NCBI GenBank assembly: GCA_038087875.1
Contig: CM075998.1
Location: 5,954,001-6,018,000 of the forward strand
Length of the DNA: 64,000 nt
DNA from: Malacoraja senta
Lineage: Eukaryota
Reading direction: 5' to 3'
Shown: positions 63,131-64,000 of the stretch, piece by piece
Layout of the letters: each line of letters opens with the position of its first letter
Numbering within the stretch: position 1 is the stretch's first letter
Program-made: the position numbers and the translations under genes
The notes under the pieces: generated by a model
What the model was told of the DNA's origin: nothing
The model's input: only the letters and a program-made list of their open reading frames with translations
Databases searched by the model: none

Positions 63131-64000
63131 ATACTCTTTGTACCATATGCCTGGAGAAAGCAGACAAGCATTTGACGCTTGAAGAGACACCAAAATTAAA
63201 GACCAGATGCCTTGCGGAGGGAACGCTCGAACTTGGAGCCCGACAGCAGAAAGCATGGCTGCCACTGGCGCAGTGGCGGTGAGCAGAATGGAGATGCAGG
63301 CTTGGGTGAAGGGATTCTTGATTAGTACGGGTAGCAGGGGTTATGGGAAGAAGGCAGGAGAATGGGGTTTGGAGGGAGAGATAGATCAGCCATGATTGAA
63401 TGGCGGAGTAGACTTGATGGGCCGAATGTCCTAATTCTACTCCTATCACTTATGACCTTATGAACAAATTCCTGATTTTACAATGAAATGTTCTTGAGGG
63501 AATTCATTGTGAACAGGTCCACAATGTGGCAGTAAACGGAGCAACAAGTCAGTGGTGTGGTGCGGCCAGCTGGGGGTCTGCTGAGGTTATTATCTCTACA
63601 TTGTTCATAACTCACAACAAGATCTTCTATCCCGATTGATTGTGCCGCTGTTACAAACACAGGCAGGCCGAGCTGTTAGTGCAGTGCGGACACAAGCTTG
63701 CTGTGTGATTGCATTGACATCCTTGGGCACGCGGCCATCTACGTCCGACCATGCTGCCAGATGTAAGATGGAAACTCAGACGTCAGCAGCAGTAATGAAC
63801 CGCTTGGTCCACTCCCAGTACGTACACAACTTTGTCACTCATTATTCCTGAAGCAAACTACTTTGTCAAATAATAATCCTGGAATATTGAGCGAAGCAGA
63901 GATGAATAGTTTGTAGAAGCCATTTATCATCACAGGCGGTCCACTATTCATGGAATAAATTAAACAGCTCAGAACACATCATTACATCATGACTTGATTA

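Noticed and set aside
852..63851. The large majority of 60-220 aa ORFs in the six-frame track
   Set aside because: They are translations of SINE, Penelope and CR1 repeats or random intron sequence (recurring peptides such as HPFLLSRDAACPAELLQ), often with non-ATG starts and no independent gene structure.
63636..63851. ACCVIAL peptide as a candidate last CD63 exon
   Set aside because: No good acceptor or polypyrimidine tract, no GIxF before it and no GYEVM-like stop after it.

Overview
Eukaryotic, repeat-rich vertebrate DNA, most likely from a cartilaginous fish (skate/ray-like; inferred from HE1/V-SINE-type SINEs and CR1 LINEs, not proven). The only host gene is the tetraspanin CD63 on the + strand. 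Six phase-0 coding exons with canonical GT-AG sites were traced by hand: 4845-4910, 42776-42964, 44844-44918, 46652-46744, 49529-49660 and 50677-50760 (213 aa). The terminal GYEVM-type exon was not found in the window. The first coding intron is about 37.9 kb. The introns are filled with CR1 LINEs, tRNA-derived SINEs, Penelope-like (GIY-YIG) fragments, a Rex1/Babar fragment, a frameshifted Gypsy element next to a 200-N gap, Harbinger-like MITEs and a P-like non-autonomous DNA transposon; an RTE fragment lies upstream of the gene. Three signals stand out. (1) About 25 copies of a Penelope-associated repeat carry a minimal hammerhead-ribozyme core, about 7 of them intact, occurring as tandem pairs, inverted pairs and small TSD-flanked insertions. 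(2) Two 33-36 bp elements made of about 17 nt from each transposon end, with 8-bp TSDs, resemble P-element excision footprints. (3) Several insertions are flanked by unusually long direct duplications. Most short ORFs in the supplied track are spurious or decayed transposon fragments.
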